Numbered from the stretch's first letter, positions 19,504 through 29,435 are shown. The stretch: 47,437 nucleotides of DNA from Paludibacteraceae bacterium (GCA_035402725.1 DAONDU010000001.1:1-47437); one strand, 5' to 3'. Notes: a model not told the origin generated them from the letters alone. Numbers and translations: made by a program.

Positions 19504-19511
19504 TAATTTTG
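19504..19511 (+). promoter_or_regulatory. -7 promoter box (TAnnTTTG) for the tRNA
   Basis: TAATTTTG ends 11 nt before the first base of the tRNA. Confidence 0.55.
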
Positions 19512-19522
19512 TCGCTCAGTTT

Positions 19523-19594
19523 GCCCTTGTAGTTCAATGGATAGAACGGAAGTTTCCTAAACTTTAAATTCGGGTTCGATTCCCGGCGAGGGTA
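19523..19594 (+). tRNA. tRNA-Arg (anticodon CCT)
   Basis: Hand-folded cloverleaf. Acceptor GCCCTTG/CGAGGGT, D arm GTTC-AATGGATA-GAAC, anticodon stem GAAGT/ACTTT with loop TTCCTAA, variable AAAT, T arm TCGGG-TTCGATT-CCCGG, discriminator A. CCA is not encoded. Confidence 0.85.
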
Positions 19595-19600
19595 CTATCT

Positions 19601-20266
19601 TTACTTGTCAATTGTCAGTTGAATTAGTCCATCCTTCATTCCTATTGTACGGTCACATAGTTTTGCCAGTTCCTTATCGTGAGTTACAATCACTTCTGTG
19701 AGGTTATATTTATCTCTTAACTCAAACAGTAATTTATGAAGTTCGTCCTTGTTTTTTGTATCGAGACTCCCCGAAGGTTCGTCGGCAAGGATGAGTGACG
19801 GATTGTTGATTAACGCCCTGGCTACTGCCACCCGTTGTTTTTCACCACCCGAAAGTTCGGAGGGTTTGTGGTGAAGCCGGTCGCCGAGCTGCAGGAAATG
19901 AAGCAATTCTGTTGCTTTTTCTCTGGCCTGTTTTATATTCATTTTTCCTATCATAGCAGGTATAAGCACGTTCTCAATGGCAGTAAACTCGGGTAAAAGC
20001 TGGTGAAACTGAAAAATAAAGCCAATGTGTCTGTTTCGGAATACAGATAACTGATCGGAATTCAATTTACTAAAATTAATTCCATCCACTTCCACTTCAC
20101 CGGCATTGGGTTTGTCGAGAGTTCCGAGTATCTGAAGCAAGGTGGTTTTACCGGCTCCGCTCGGTCCCATAATCGATACGATTTCTCCTTTATCGACATG
20201 TAAATCCACCCCTCTCAAGACTTCCAGATCGCCATAACTTTTATGTATGTTTTTTGCAGTTATCAT
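19601..20266 (-). CDS. LolD/MacB-type ABC transporter ATP-binding protein
   Basis: Start at [12 protein letters not shown] (ATG 20266). Walker [25 protein letters not shown] and [11 protein letters not shown]. The 108-aa upstream extension in the ORF track overlaps tcdA and is rejected. Confidence 0.85.
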   Translation of the reverse strand: MITAKNIHKSYGDLEVLRGVDLHVDKGEIVSIMGPSGAGKTTLLQILGTLDKPNAGEVEVDGINFSKLNSDQLSVFRNRHIGFIFQFHQLLPEFTAIENVLIPAMIGKMNIKQAREKATELLHFLQLGDRLHHKPSELSGGEKQRVAVARALINNPSLILADEPSGSLDTKNKDELHKLLFELRDKYNLTEVIVTHDKELAKLCDRTIGMKDGLIQLTIDK

Positions 20267-20271
20267 ATTTC

Positions 20272-20991
20272 TCAGTTTTTTATTATTTCTCTGATGACGT
20301 ACGAAGACAGATAAAGTCCGAACAAAGCCGGCATATATGAAATCGTTCCGGTAGTTGACTTTTTGTAAAGTTCTCCTTCGGTAAGGATGACGCTGTTTCT
20401 GTCGGATTCTTCGGTCGAATAAACGACAATAAGTCCTTTTTTTATACCCAACTTCGATAATCGTTGCCTTACGGCTTTTGCCAGCGGGCAGTAATTTGTT
20501 TTCGAAATATCGGAAATCTGCACTTTCGTAGGATCCATCTTTGCTCCCGAACCCATGGACGATATGATCCGGATGCCTTTCTCGGTACACGATTTTATCA
20601 GAAATACCTTGGGTGAAAGAGTATCGATAGCATCTACCACAAAGTCAAATTTACCTTCATCGAGAATTTTATCTGTATTTTCTTCGTTCAGCCAGTCCGA
20701 TATTACAGTCAGTTCCAGAACCGGATTGATATCCTTCAGCCTGGAAGCGATAATCTCTGTTTTGAGTTGTCCGACTGTTGAATGCAATGCAGCAATTTGC
20801 CGGTTGATATTGGTTGAGGTCACCGTATCGCGGTCAATCAGGGTCATCCGCCCAACTCCGGCACGGCAAATCATTTCGGCAGCTAGACCACCAACCCCTC
20901 CCAAACCAACGATTAGAACAGAAGAATTTCTTAGTTTATTCAATCCGTTATTGCCTGTAAGCAATTCTGTCCTTTGTGTCCAACTATCCAT
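20272..20991 (-). CDS. tcdA: tRNA threonylcarbamoyladenosine dehydratase (ThiF-family)
   Basis: Rossmann motif [25 protein letters not shown]. About 239 aa, typical of TcdA/CsdL. Confidence 0.8.
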   Translation of the reverse strand: MDSWTQRTELLTGNNGLNKLRNSSVLIVGLGGVGGLAAEMICRAGVGRMTLIDRDTVTSTNINRQIAALHSTVGQLKTEIIASRLKDINPVLELTVISDWLNEENTDKILDEGKFDFVVDAIDTLSPKVFLIKSCTEKGIRIISSMGSGAKMDPTKVQISDISKTNYCPLAKAVRQRLSKLGIKKGLIVVYSTEESDRNSVILTEGELYKKSTTGTISYMPALFGLYLSSYVIREIIKN

Positions 20992-21016
20992 TTGCAGTCT
21001 TTGTCATAAATTCCTG

Positions 21017-21024
21017 CAAAGTTA
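21017..21024 (-). promoter_or_regulatory. -7 promoter box (TAnnTTTG on minus strand)
   Basis: The plus strand reads CAAAGTTA, which is TAACTTTG on the minus strand. It lies 26 bp upstream of the tcdA ATG (20991). Confidence 0.5.
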
Positions 21025-21066
21025 GCCGTTTCCGCTCATTTTCACACCATTCACAAAAAAATATTG

Positions 21067-21074
21067 TAACTTTG
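21067..21074 (+). promoter_or_regulatory. -7 promoter box (TAnnTTTG)
   Basis: TAACTTTG lies 28 bp upstream of ATG 21102, which supports the shorter start for the DUF45 gene. Confidence 0.5.
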
Positions 21075-21101
21075 CTTGAAATATCAGGCAGTTTTCATCC
21101 C

Positions 21102-21797
21102 ATGATTTCAGATAAAGATCTCGGCACCATCACCTTCAGACGCAGTACACGGACTACCCGGATTTCTGTGCGCATACTCAGCAACTCACTGGTCGTAACT
21201 TTACCCCCGGGAAGCAGTGAAACAGACGCTCTGAAATTTATTGATTCTGTAAGACCAAAATTAATAAAAAAACAATCGGGAGTCAATCAAAAGACAGTTG
21301 TCATTTCCGAATCAAATATACTGAAAACATGCACTTTTGATGTTTGTATCAGAAAAGCAGAACGCAACAATATTTTCTCTTCACTGAAATCGGGTGTGCT
21401 GACAATAGAGTATCCGCAACAACTGAATCCGGAAGAAATGCAGACACAAACCTATTTCTGGAACAGCATCAACTATTTCCTACGAATGGAAGCTAAACGG
21501 ATTTTACCTCAACGTACCCGTGAATTAGCAGATCAATACGGCTTCTCATTTACCGATGTGAAAATTCAGTCTTCTAAAACGCGCTGGGGAAGTTGTAATA
21601 CCAGAAAAAATATCAACCTGTCGTTTTACCTTATGCTTCTGCCATTCCATTTGATTGATTATGTCATTCTGCATGAACTTTGTCACACCCGGGAAATGAA
21701 CCACAGCGAGAATTTCTGGCACCAGATGGACCTGGTCACCAATGGAAGCAGTAAAAAACTGAGAAATGAAATGAAGCAATATTCCATGCCAAAATAA
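21102..21797 (+). CDS. YgjP-like (DUF45/M48-like) zinc metallohydrolase
   Basis: HELCHTREMNHSENFW contains an HExxH motif and sits at the C-terminus as in the YgjP/DUF45 family, together with KTRWGSC. Confidence 0.7.
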   Translation: MISDKDLGTITFRRSTRTTRISVRILSNSLVVTLPPGSSETDALKFIDSVRPKLIKKQSGVNQKTVVISESNILKTCTFDVCIRKAERNNIFSSLKSGVLTIEYPQQLNPEEMQTQTYFWNSINYFLRMEAKRILPQRTRELADQYGFSFTDVKIQSSKTRWGSCNTRKNINLSFYLMLLPFHLIDYVILHELCHTREMNHSENFWHQMDLVTNGSSKKLRNEMKQYSMPK

Positions 21798-21859
21798 CTG
21801 CAGCCGATTAATTATTGATTATTTCCGAATATTACAACAAAAAAACGCGTGCACTCTTT

Positions 21860-22750
21860 ATGTTCAAAAAAATAAAACCCTATATGATGCCCCTTGCAAT
21901 GACAACGGGCGCAGTTTTTCACCAATTCTTTGGCTCACTGGCTTTTCTTACTCCGTACCTAATTTTCACAATGCTTTTTCTAACATACTGCAAACTGAAT
22001 TTCAAGCATCTGCAGCTCTCCGGACTTCATCTGTGGCTGATTTTAATCCAGATTTTGGGTTGTGTTATTGTTTACTATATCCTCAGTCCGTGGAATCTGG
22101 TACTTGCACAAGGTGTGATGATTTGTATGCTGGCTCCCACCGGAACCGCTGCTCCGGTTGTTACCGGCATGCTGAAAGGGAATGTGGAAAGCCTGACAGC
22201 ATATAGTTTATTGAGTAATCTGAGCGTAGCCATCGCTGCTCCGCTTATTTTTTCACTGCTCGGGAGTTATGAAACATTGCCTTTTTTTGATTCATTTCTG
22301 GCTATCTCGCGTCGGGTATTTGTTCTTCTGCTCACACCATTTGTTCTGGCTATTGTTCTGAAAAAAATCTCACCTGAAACAACTGCAAAAATAGGATCCT
22401 TCTCCGGTCTATCGTTTTATATCTGGAGTTTTTCATTGATAATAGTTACTGCTAAAACCGTGGAATTTATCCTGCAACAAAACAGCAATAATTATACTAC
22501 CGAAATTCTGGTAGCTGCAGGCGCTTTGGTTGCCTGTATCGGACAGTTCGTCACAGGTAAAAAAATCGGGAAAAAATATAACGATACCATTGCAGGGGGT
22601 CAAAGTCTTGGGCAGAAAAACACGATACTTGCTATCTGGATGGCACAAATGTTTCTCAATCCGATTTCATCCATTGCTCCGGGTGCATACGTTCTGTGGC
22701 AGAATATTTTTAATTCGTATCAGGTTTGGCAAAAAAGAAAATTGCTATAA
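21860..22750 (+). CDS. Bile acid:sodium symporter (BASS)-like transporter
   Basis: Polytopic protein of about 296 aa. The pattern MLAPTGTAAPVVTGMLKGN recalls SBF-like transporters. Start placed at MFKKIKPY. Confidence 0.5.
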   Translation: MFKKIKPYMMPLAMTTGAVFHQFFGSLAFLTPYLIFTMLFLTYCKLNFKHLQLSGLHLWLILIQILGCVIVYYILSPWNLVLAQGVMICMLAPTGTAAPVVTGMLKGNVESLTAYSLLSNLSVAIAAPLIFSLLGSYETLPFFDSFLAISRRVFVLLLTPFVLAIVLKKISPETTAKIGSFSGLSFYIWSFSLIIVTAKTVEFILQQNSNNYTTEILVAAGALVACIGQFVTGKKIGKKYNDTIAGGQSLGQKNTILAIWMAQMFLNPISSIAPGAYVLWQNIFNSYQVWQKRKLL

Positions 22751-22774
22751 ATCCACAAAACAGCAACATCTGAA

Positions 22775-23353
22775 ATGGAAAACGAATATGCGGTAAATAA
22801 AATATTTGAGAAGATTGATTTCAATCAAATCCCTTTGAAAAAAGGGGAATATGAAAATTGCACGTTTGTGAATTGTAATTTTAATTCTGCCGACCTTTCT
22901 AATATCATATTCTCTGAGTGTCTTTTTACTGGCTGTAACCTGAGTATGGCTGTTTTGACCGATACTGCGATACGTGAAACTAAATTCAGGGAATGTAAAA
23001 TGCTGGGATTGAATTTTGAAAACTGCAACCGGTTTGGACTTTCGTTCACTGCTGAAAATTGTCAGTTAAACCATTCGTCATTTTATCAACTCAAATTTAA
23101 AAATGCAGTTTTTGCACATTGTTTGCTGCATGAAACCGACTTTACCGAAAGCGATTTCACCGGCACGGTATTCAACGACTGTGATTTTTCACTTGCTGTT
23201 TTCAATCATGCAAATCTCGAAAAAACCGATTTTCGAACATCATATAACTACAGCATCAATCCTGAAAATAACCGGATTAAAAAAGCAAAATTTTCATTGC
23301 CGGCAGTAACCGGTCTGTTAGACACATATGACATTGAAATAGAAGATATCTGA
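22775..23353 (+). CDS. Pentapeptide-repeat protein (Qnr/McbG-like size and layout)
   Basis: Continuous A(D/N)LXX-type pentapeptides (CNFNSADLSNIIFSECLFTGCNLSMAVLTD ... TDFTESDFTGTVFNDCDFSLAVFNHANLEKTDF). 192 aa. Confidence 0.85.
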   Translation: MENEYAVNKIFEKIDFNQIPLKKGEYENCTFVNCNFNSADLSNIIFSECLFTGCNLSMAVLTDTAIRETKFRECKMLGLNFENCNRFGLSFTAENCQLNHSSFYQLKFKNAVFAHCLLHETDFTESDFTGTVFNDCDFSLAVFNHANLEKTDFRTSYNYSINPENNRIKKAKFSLPAVTGLLDTYDIEIEDI

Positions 23354-23411
23354 TATTCTTAATATTATACAGAAGATTGATACTTTGTTTGAATTATAAA
23401 AATACTGACAA

Positions 23412-24728
23412 ATGAACTGGAACCAATTACTTTCGCCCGTACGTCTGGGTATGGAAAACTATCATGACCATAATCGTGATAACCGGAATGAATTTCAACG
23501 GGACTATGACCGGTTGATCTTTTCTGCTCCCTTTCGGCGGCTGCAAAATAAAACTCAGGTGTTTCCCTTACCGGGCAGCATTTTTGTTCACAACCGGCTT
23601 ACCCACAGCCTGGAAGTAGCCAGTGTTGGTCGGTCACTGGGAATGAATGTATCTCGTTCGCTATCGTCAGCCGGTTCGGAATATATCGATCAAATTGGTT
23701 TTATCGTGTCGGCAGCATGTCTGGCTCACGATCTGGGAAATCCACCATTCGGACATTCGGGCGAAGAAGCCATCGCCACCTTTTTCTCCGAAGGAAAGGG
23801 GCAGTTTCTGAAAAATGAAATGACGGAAGTGGAGTGGAATGACTGTATTCATTTCGAGGGAAATGCCAACGCTTTCAGGCTACTCACGCATCAGTTCAAC
23901 GGGCGGCGTCCGGGTGGGTTTGTTCTTACCTACAGCACGCTGGCTTCGATAGTTAAATACCCCTACTCATCTGTTTACGCCGACAAGAAAAAACAAAAAT
24001 TCGGTTTCTTTGAGTCAGAAAGAATCGATTTTGAAAAAATAGCCAATCAACTGGGCATTACCCGAAAAGCTGATAATCCAAACCGTTTTAACCGTTATCC
24101 ATTGGTATATCTGGTCGAAGCTGCTGACGATATCTGCTACCAGATTATGGATATTGAAGATGCGCATAAACTGAAAATACTCACTACTGACGAAACAAAG
24201 GAACTGTTTCTTGGATATTTCGACGATGAGAAACGTAAAAAACGGGTAGAAACGCTAAAAATGGTGAGCGATGTAAATGAACAGATTGCATACCTTCGTT
24301 CTTCGGTCATCGGACAACTGATTGACGAATGTTCAGAAATTTTTATTGAAAATGAAAAAGATATCCTGTCAGGCACATTCGAGGGTTCGCTGATTAAACA
24401 TATGTCGGGTCAAACCGGGAAAGCGTATAATCATTGCTCAGAAATTGCAAAAGATAAAATTTATCGGTCGCAAGAGGTGTTGGATATAGAACTAGCAGGT
24501 TATAAGATAATTCTGACACTAATGGATCTATTTGTAAATGCTGTTCTGCAGCCCGAAAAAGCATACTCCAGACAACTGATTTACCGAATACCGCAACAAT
24601 ACGATATCAACAATCCGACTACATACGGCAAAGTTCTGGCTGTTCTGGATTATATTTCGGGAATGACGGATGTATATGCACTGGATCTGTATAAGAAAAT
24701 AACAGGAATAAACATAAACAGCATTTAA
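23412..24728 (+). CDS. dgt: dGTPase-like deoxynucleoside triphosphate triphosphohydrolase (HD domain)
   Basis: FQRDYDRLIFSAPFRRLQNKTQVF, RLTHSLEV and LAHDLGNPPFGHSGE. Confidence 0.85.
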   Translation: MNWNQLLSPVRLGMENYHDHNRDNRNEFQRDYDRLIFSAPFRRLQNKTQVFPLPGSIFVHNRLTHSLEVASVGRSLGMNVSRSLSSAGSEYIDQIGFIVSAACLAHDLGNPPFGHSGEEAIATFFSEGKGQFLKNEMTEVEWNDCIHFEGNANAFRLLTHQFNGRRPGGFVLTYSTLASIVKYPYSSVYADKKKQKFGFFESERIDFEKIANQLGITRKADNPNRFNRYPLVYLVEAADDICYQIMDIEDAHKLKILTTDETKELFLGYFDDEKRKKRVETLKMVSDVNEQIAYLRSSVIGQLIDECSEIFIENEKDILSGTFEGSLIKHMSGQTGKAYNHCSEIAKDKIYRSQEVLDIELAGYKIILTLMDLFVNAVLQPEKAYSRQLIYRIPQQYDINNPTTYGKVLAVLDYISGMTDVYALDLYKKITGININSI

Positions 24729-24737
24729 CCGGCATTC

Positions 24738-26189
24738 TTAACTGCCTATGCGCCGTGCTGCGTCGAGCCTGAGAAGAATAAACAAGAGTATTGTAAAGCT
24801 CCAGAGCGATGAACCCCCATAACTAAGAAATGGCAATGGAATGCCGATTACGGGCATAATCCCCAGCACCATCCCTACGTTGATAGTGAGATGAAAGAAA
24901 AAGATACTTGCAACACAATATGCGTAAATCCGGGTAAACGGATCGCGCTGCCGTTCGGCAATCTGAATAATCCGTAGCAGCAGCCAGAGATAAACCAGCA
25001 GTACAGCTGCCGACCCTATAAATCCCCATTCTTCGCCTACAGTACAGAAAATAAAATCGGTATCCTGTTCCGGTACATATTTCAGTTTTGTCTGAGTTCC
25101 GTTCAGATAACCTTTGCCCAAAAAACCACCTGAACCAATGGCTATCTTCGACTGGTTAACATTATAACCCGCACCGGTCAGATCATCATCCATATTAAGC
25201 AGCACTTTTATTCGTACCTGCTGATGTGGCTCCAGAACATCATTAAAAATATAATCAGCTGAATAACAAAATATTAATGAACCAAAAGAAATCAATGCCA
25301 GTAGCCAGTATTTTCTATGACGGTTAAACATCTCAATGATAATCCAATACACACACGAAGCAACGACAGTTCCGATAGCAATGTAATCATAATTAATTTT
25401 AAACCAGATATTCAATACATACGATGCTGCTGAAATACCGACAACACCCAGAAGTAGCATTAGTGCTTCTTTCCGGTGCCTGTTAAAGAAAAAAGCAAAA
25501 CAAAACTGAATTAAAAGGATAATCGACATTGCCAGCACCATCCCCAACGTTCCCCTGTCAGTTTGAATAATTGTCTGGCTGAAACCTATTGCCACAACAA
25601 ACAACACTATTGCCAAAACGCCCAAAAGCAGGAATATTCCGTTCATTCCCTCCCGATAAAACATAAGCAGAAAAGCCAGAAACACGAGAGCACTTCCGGT
25701 TTCCTTCTGAAGAATAATCAGAGCAAAAGGAATAAAAACAATTATTCCCAACGGGATAAGGTCTTTCCAGGTTTTCAGTTTGTAATTGTAGGAACTCATA
25801 AACTTTGCCAAAGCCAGCGCAGTGGCTGTTTTGGCAAGCTCTGCAGGCTGAAAACTGATGGGACCGAACTCGAGCCAGGAACGCGACCCTTTCACGTCTG
25901 AAGCAACAAAAATGGTAACAATTAGTAGCAATATAATCGCTACATAAAATACGTATGAAAAGATATTGAAAAGCCGGCTGTCAATCAGCAGAATGACACC
26001 ACCCAACCCGAAAGCTGTCAGTATCCATACAAACTGCTTTCCGGCACGCTGACTAAAATCAAATATGCTCGACTGATCGAAATCATAGCTTGCGCCATAA
26101 ACATTCAGCCAGCCAAAAAAGACCAGAAACAGGTAGATACCCACCGTTGTCCAGTCCAACGCGTATTTCATGCTAATAGTCCGTGACAT
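24738..26189 (-). CDS. rodA: SEDS peptidoglycan polymerase RodA
   Basis: SEDS motifs (FQPAELAK, TDFIF, the PLPFLSYGGSS tail). Last gene of the mre/mrd operon. An alternative start MKYALDW at 26171 would remove the 17-nt overlap with mrdA. Confidence 0.9.
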   Translation of the reverse strand: MSRTISMKYALDWTTVGIYLFLVFFGWLNVYGASYDFDQSSIFDFSQRAGKQFVWILTAFGLGGVILLIDSRLFNIFSYVFYVAIILLLIVTIFVASDVKGSRSWLEFGPISFQPAELAKTATALALAKFMSSYNYKLKTWKDLIPLGIIVFIPFALIILQKETGSALVFLAFLLMFYREGMNGIFLLLGVLAIVLFVVAIGFSQTIIQTDRGTLGMVLAMSIILLIQFCFAFFFNRHRKEALMLLLGVVGISAASYVLNIWFKINYDYIAIGTVVASCVYWIIIEMFNRHRKYWLLALISFGSLIFCYSADYIFNDVLEPHQQVRIKVLLNMDDDLTGAGYNVNQSKIAIGSGGFLGKGYLNGTQTKLKYVPEQDTDFIFCTVGEEWGFIGSAAVLLVYLWLLLRIIQIAERQRDPFTRIYAYCVASIFFFHLTINVGMVLGIMPVIGIPLPFLSYGGSSLWSFTILLFILLRLDAARRIGS

Positions 26190-28008
26190 TTACGTTTGTT
26201 CTAGATGTTGATATTCTGTTTAATAGTTCAGTTCTGTCTATTTTGTGTAATATAAACTGTTCCATCAGTAGGCTGGCAATTGGCGCAGCCCAGGTTGCCC
26301 CATAGCCCGAATTTTCAACTACCACAGCAAGAACGATTTTTGGATTCTCTCTGGGAGCATAACCAACAAATAGTGCGTGGTCTTTCCCCCTGTTATTCTG
26401 AACAGTACCTGTTTTACCACAGCTTGATACACCGGGTATTTTATAAGCCCTGCCGGTACCAAATTCATTCACCCGCCACATTCCTTCATCCACAACTCTG
26501 AAATATTTTTCTTCGATGGAAGTTTTGTGTTTGTGCGTCAGCATTGAATCTGATTTGTTCAGGTGAGGAGTTATGTAATACCCTTTATTGGCAATGGCAG
26601 ATATTCCGTTGGCTAACTGCAAGGGAGTTACCAGAATCTCACCCTGCCCGATGGATAGCGAACGTATTGTATTAGCCCGCCATCCGGTTTTACCGAAATA
26701 TTTATCATAAAATTTCTCCGAAGGTATATTTCCCCTGCTCTGCTGATAGATATCCGTATCTTCAAATTTCTTTCCGAAACCAAATTCCATTACCGTTTCC
26801 CGCCATTTATTGAATCTCTTCTTGAAATTTACATTCTTGTTTCCATAGCCGTCTTTCTCCAGTATCGACCTGAAAGTATTCCAGAAATAGGGATTACAGC
26901 TTTGTTCAATGGCATTGAGCAACGAAACCGGTGAACCATGATGGTGAGTACACTTTATTGGCCAGGAAGAGGGTCCGTTGCATGTAAATCGCGTACCTTC
27001 GGTGATGCCGCCTAACTGTAGCCCGAAAAGCGCCTGAAAAGGCTTAAATGTGGAACCCGGAGAATACTGAGCCTGCGTTGCCCGGTTCATCAAAGGTTTT
27101 GTTGGATCATTAACAAGAAGATTATAATTTTTAGAGCGCTCACGACCCACTAAAAGCGAGGGATTAAAAGTTGGATTTGAGACCATTGCCAGGATCTCTC
27201 CGGTTTTTGGTTCAATAGCAACCACACTTCCAACTTTCCCTGCAAGCAGTTGCTCGGCAAGTAGTTGAAGCTTTATATCCAGAGTAAGTTTCAGATTTTT
27301 TCCAGCTTTCGGAGCAATATCTTTTTCTCCGTTTTCGTATTTACCTTTTAATCTTCCACGTGCGTCGCGCAACAGAATTTCCACCCCTTTCACACCTCTC
27401 AGGTCTTTCTCATACGTGTATTCTATGCCATCTCTTCCGGCATAATCGCCCCGGTTATAGTAATCATCCTCATCTATTTTTTTCTGCGAGACCTCACCGA
27501 TACTTCCCAAAACATGAGCACCGGCATTATAACGATATTCGCGCAGGGTTCGGGTCTGAATATAAAAACCCGGATATTTGTACATGGATTGCTGTATATT
27601 TGCAATATCGCGAATATCGAGTTGTGTCATGAATACCTGCGGAGTAAACGACGAATAACCCGGATTTTTATCGCGGTCTTTGATTTCTTTCATTTTTTCA
27701 ATGAAAAAATCGGTGGTTATATTCAGATCACTGCAAAATGACGCTGTATCCAGTCCCTGAATTTCACGATTAATAAAAGCGATATCGTATGCGGGTTTGT
27801 TATATACGAGTAGTGAATCATTCCGGTCGTAAATCAGTCCACGCGGAGGAAAAATGGTTTTATTCAGAAATGCATTACTGTCGGCATATCTTTTATACTT
27901 GGTTTCGATAATCTGTAACGAAAAAAGGCGCAAAATATAAATAATCACTATAACGGCCATGATGATAGTGATTACTGTCCCTCTGTTTCGAAGTTTATCG
28001 TTTATCAT
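26173..28008 (-). CDS. mrdA: Penicillin-binding protein 2 (elongasome transpeptidase)
   Basis: PBP dimer domain plus transpeptidase motifs STFKP, SCN and KTGT. Confidence 0.9.
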   Translation of the reverse strand: MINDKLRNRGTVITIIMAVIVIIYILRLFSLQIIETKYKRYADSNAFLNKTIFPPRGLIYDRNDSLLVYNKPAYDIAFINREIQGLDTASFCSDLNITTDFFIEKMKEIKDRDKNPGYSSFTPQVFMTQLDIRDIANIQQSMYKYPGFYIQTRTLREYRYNAGAHVLGSIGEVSQKKIDEDDYYNRGDYAGRDGIEYTYEKDLRGVKGVEILLRDARGRLKGKYENGEKDIAPKAGKNLKLTLDIKLQLLAEQLLAGKVGSVVAIEPKTGEILAMVSNPTFNPSLLVGRERSKNYNLLVNDPTKPLMNRATQAQYSPGSTFKPFQALFGLQLGGITEGTRFTCNGPSSWPIKCTHHHGSPVSLLNAIEQSCNPYFWNTFRSILEKDGYGNKNVNFKKRFNKWRETVMEFGFGKKFEDTDIYQQSRGNIPSEKFYDKYFGKTGWRANTIRSLSIGQGEILVTPLQLANGISAIANKGYYITPHLNKSDSMLTHKHKTSIEEKYFRVVDEGMWRVNEFGTGRAYKIPGVSSCGKTGTVQNNRGKDHALFVGYAPRENPKIVLAVVVENSGYGATWAAPIASLLMEQFILHKIDRTELLNRISTSRTNVNVTDY

Positions 28009-28506
28009 TTATTTCGACTTAAATGATTGGATAGCTAATACTAGCAGAATTGTAATTGCAGAACTGATGAGTATTTTTGGAATTATTAGCGACAGATTAA
28101 GAAATGAAAATGATTCAAGCAAAAAAAGTGTAATATGATGAAGCAAAACAATTGTTATCACATATTTTATAAAGGGTGAAACTCCAAAAGTATGAAATGA
28201 AGGCGTTGGATTTGAACCTTCATCGATGGATGTAAAAATATTAATTACCGGATCACGAAGAAAAGCTGCAAATACGAGTGCGAACGCATGCATTCCGGCT
28301 GTATTAGAAAAAATATCGATAATCAAACCCATCGCAAATGCAGAAATCAACAAAGCCCAGCGGGGAAAACGGACAGGAAGCAATAAGATAAACAAAACAT
28401 ATATCATGGGATTGATATAACCCATAAACTGAATATTGTCAAGCAGAAAAACCTGAATCAATATCAAAAAAATAAATCGTAATATGTTTTGAAGTGCTGA
28501 TACCAT
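28009..28506 (-). CDS. mreD: Rod shape-determining protein MreD
   Basis: 165-aa polytopic protein directly between mreC and mrdA. Confidence 0.75.
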   Translation of the reverse strand: MVSALQNILRFIFLILIQVFLLDNIQFMGYINPMIYVLFILLLPVRFPRWALLISAFAMGLIIDIFSNTAGMHAFALVFAAFLRDPVINIFTSIDEGSNPTPSFHTFGVSPFIKYVITIVLLHHITLFLLESFSFLNLSLIIPKILISSAITILLVLAIQSFKSK

Positions 28507-28509
28507 CGT

Positions 28510-29373
28510 TTACTTTTTTTTGCCTTCATCAGCAGCCGTTTGTTCCAGAACACTTTGTTCTCTGTAATTCTTATACTTGATAATCTTTACATGAGTGAGT
28601 GTCCGAAAGTTAACAGCAAGTTTTACCTGAATATTATAATAAGCATCACTTTCCTTTATGTTGTAATCGTTGATTGTTCCAATCATGATACCTTCGGGAA
28701 ATGTTTTTGTCAGTCCACTGGTTATCAGCGTATCTCCCAGACTAAAACGAACATGGCGTGCAATATCGTTCAGACTGGCAAAGCGGGCATCTTTACCATT
28801 CCAGACGAGTGGTCCGGAATAATCATTCTTTTTAAATTTACTGCTGATCTGAATTTTCGGATTAAGTATGGGAATGACCACCGAGAACCTGGGTGACACG
28901 CTTTTTACTATTCCGACCACACCTTCTTCACCGACCACACCCATATCCGGGGTAATTCCTTCGTTCGAACCCTTATTGAGAGTAATGTAATTTTGAGAAA
29001 GATGGGTGGTATTCCTGATGACTTTTGCCGTAATGTATGAATATTCCTTTTCAGGTGAAACAGGAACATTTTTCCAGCTTACGCTGTTAAGAGTATCTGT
29101 GAGTGTACTCAGTTTGTTTTCTAATTCTACAACCCTGTTTCTCAGTTGTGTATTCTCGTTTGCAAGATTATCATTTGCTTCACTCAGCTTGAAAAACTCG
29201 ACAAATGAATTGGTCATTTCATACATTCTGCCCACCATGGCATTGCCCGATGAAAGCATTACGCTCCTTTGATATCCTTTGTTATTGGAAATCAGTATCA
29301 GCGAAATTATTTCTAGTGCTATAAAAAGAAAAACTACGCTGTATCTTATCAAAAAACTGATTAGATTTTTCAA
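28510..29373 (-). CDS. mreC: Rod shape-determining protein MreC
   Basis: N-terminal TM helix, coiled coil (NENTQLRNRVVELENKL), then beta-rich domains (GVVGIV, GDTLITSG). Confidence 0.85.
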   Translation of the reverse strand: MKNLISFLIRYSVVFLFIALEIISLILISNNKGYQRSVMLSSGNAMVGRMYEMTNSFVEFFKLSEANDNLANENTQLRNRVVELENKLSTLTDTLNSVSWKNVPVSPEKEYSYITAKVIRNTTHLSQNYITLNKGSNEGITPDMGVVGEEGVVGIVKSVSPRFSVVIPILNPKIQISSKFKKNDYSGPLVWNGKDARFASLNDIARHVRFSLGDTLITSGLTKTFPEGIMIGTINDYNIKESDAYYNIQVKLAVNFRTLTHVKIIKYKNYREQSVLEQTAADEGKKK

Positions 29374-29400
29374 GAGGCGAAATGACTGATTATGATTTTA

Positions 29401-29435
29401 AAACACACGATAAACGAGATGTAAATCGTGTGTTT
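29401..29435 (-). repeat. Perfect 11-bp inverted repeat (hairpin) in the mreB-mreC spacer
   Basis: AAACACACGAT (29401-29411) / ATCGTGTGTTT (29425-29435) with a 13-nt loop. It lies inside the 101-bp mreB-mreC gap and has no U-tract on the transcribed strand. Confidence 0.6.

Noticed and set aside
19601-20590. Long N-terminal extensions offered by the ORF track: the 329-aa form of the LolD-like gene, and also the 7358, 20976, 21815, 36434, 40090, 43461 and 45484 starts.
   Set aside because: The extensions overlap upstream genes or translate promoter or parS DNA. Internal ATGs give canonical family N-termini, and several are preceded at 20-40 bp by a TAnnTTTG box.
23412-24728. The dGTPase-like gene as an anti-phage dNTP-depletion defence gene.
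   Set aside because: It sits among core genes with no other defence or mobile genes nearby. It has the ordinary housekeeping Dgt-like architecture.
27352-27367. Possible third parS (TCTTCCACGTGCGTCG) inside mrdA.
   Set aside because: Only the left half-site and the CACGTG core match. The right arm matches 1/5, and the site is inside a coding region. It is probably chance.
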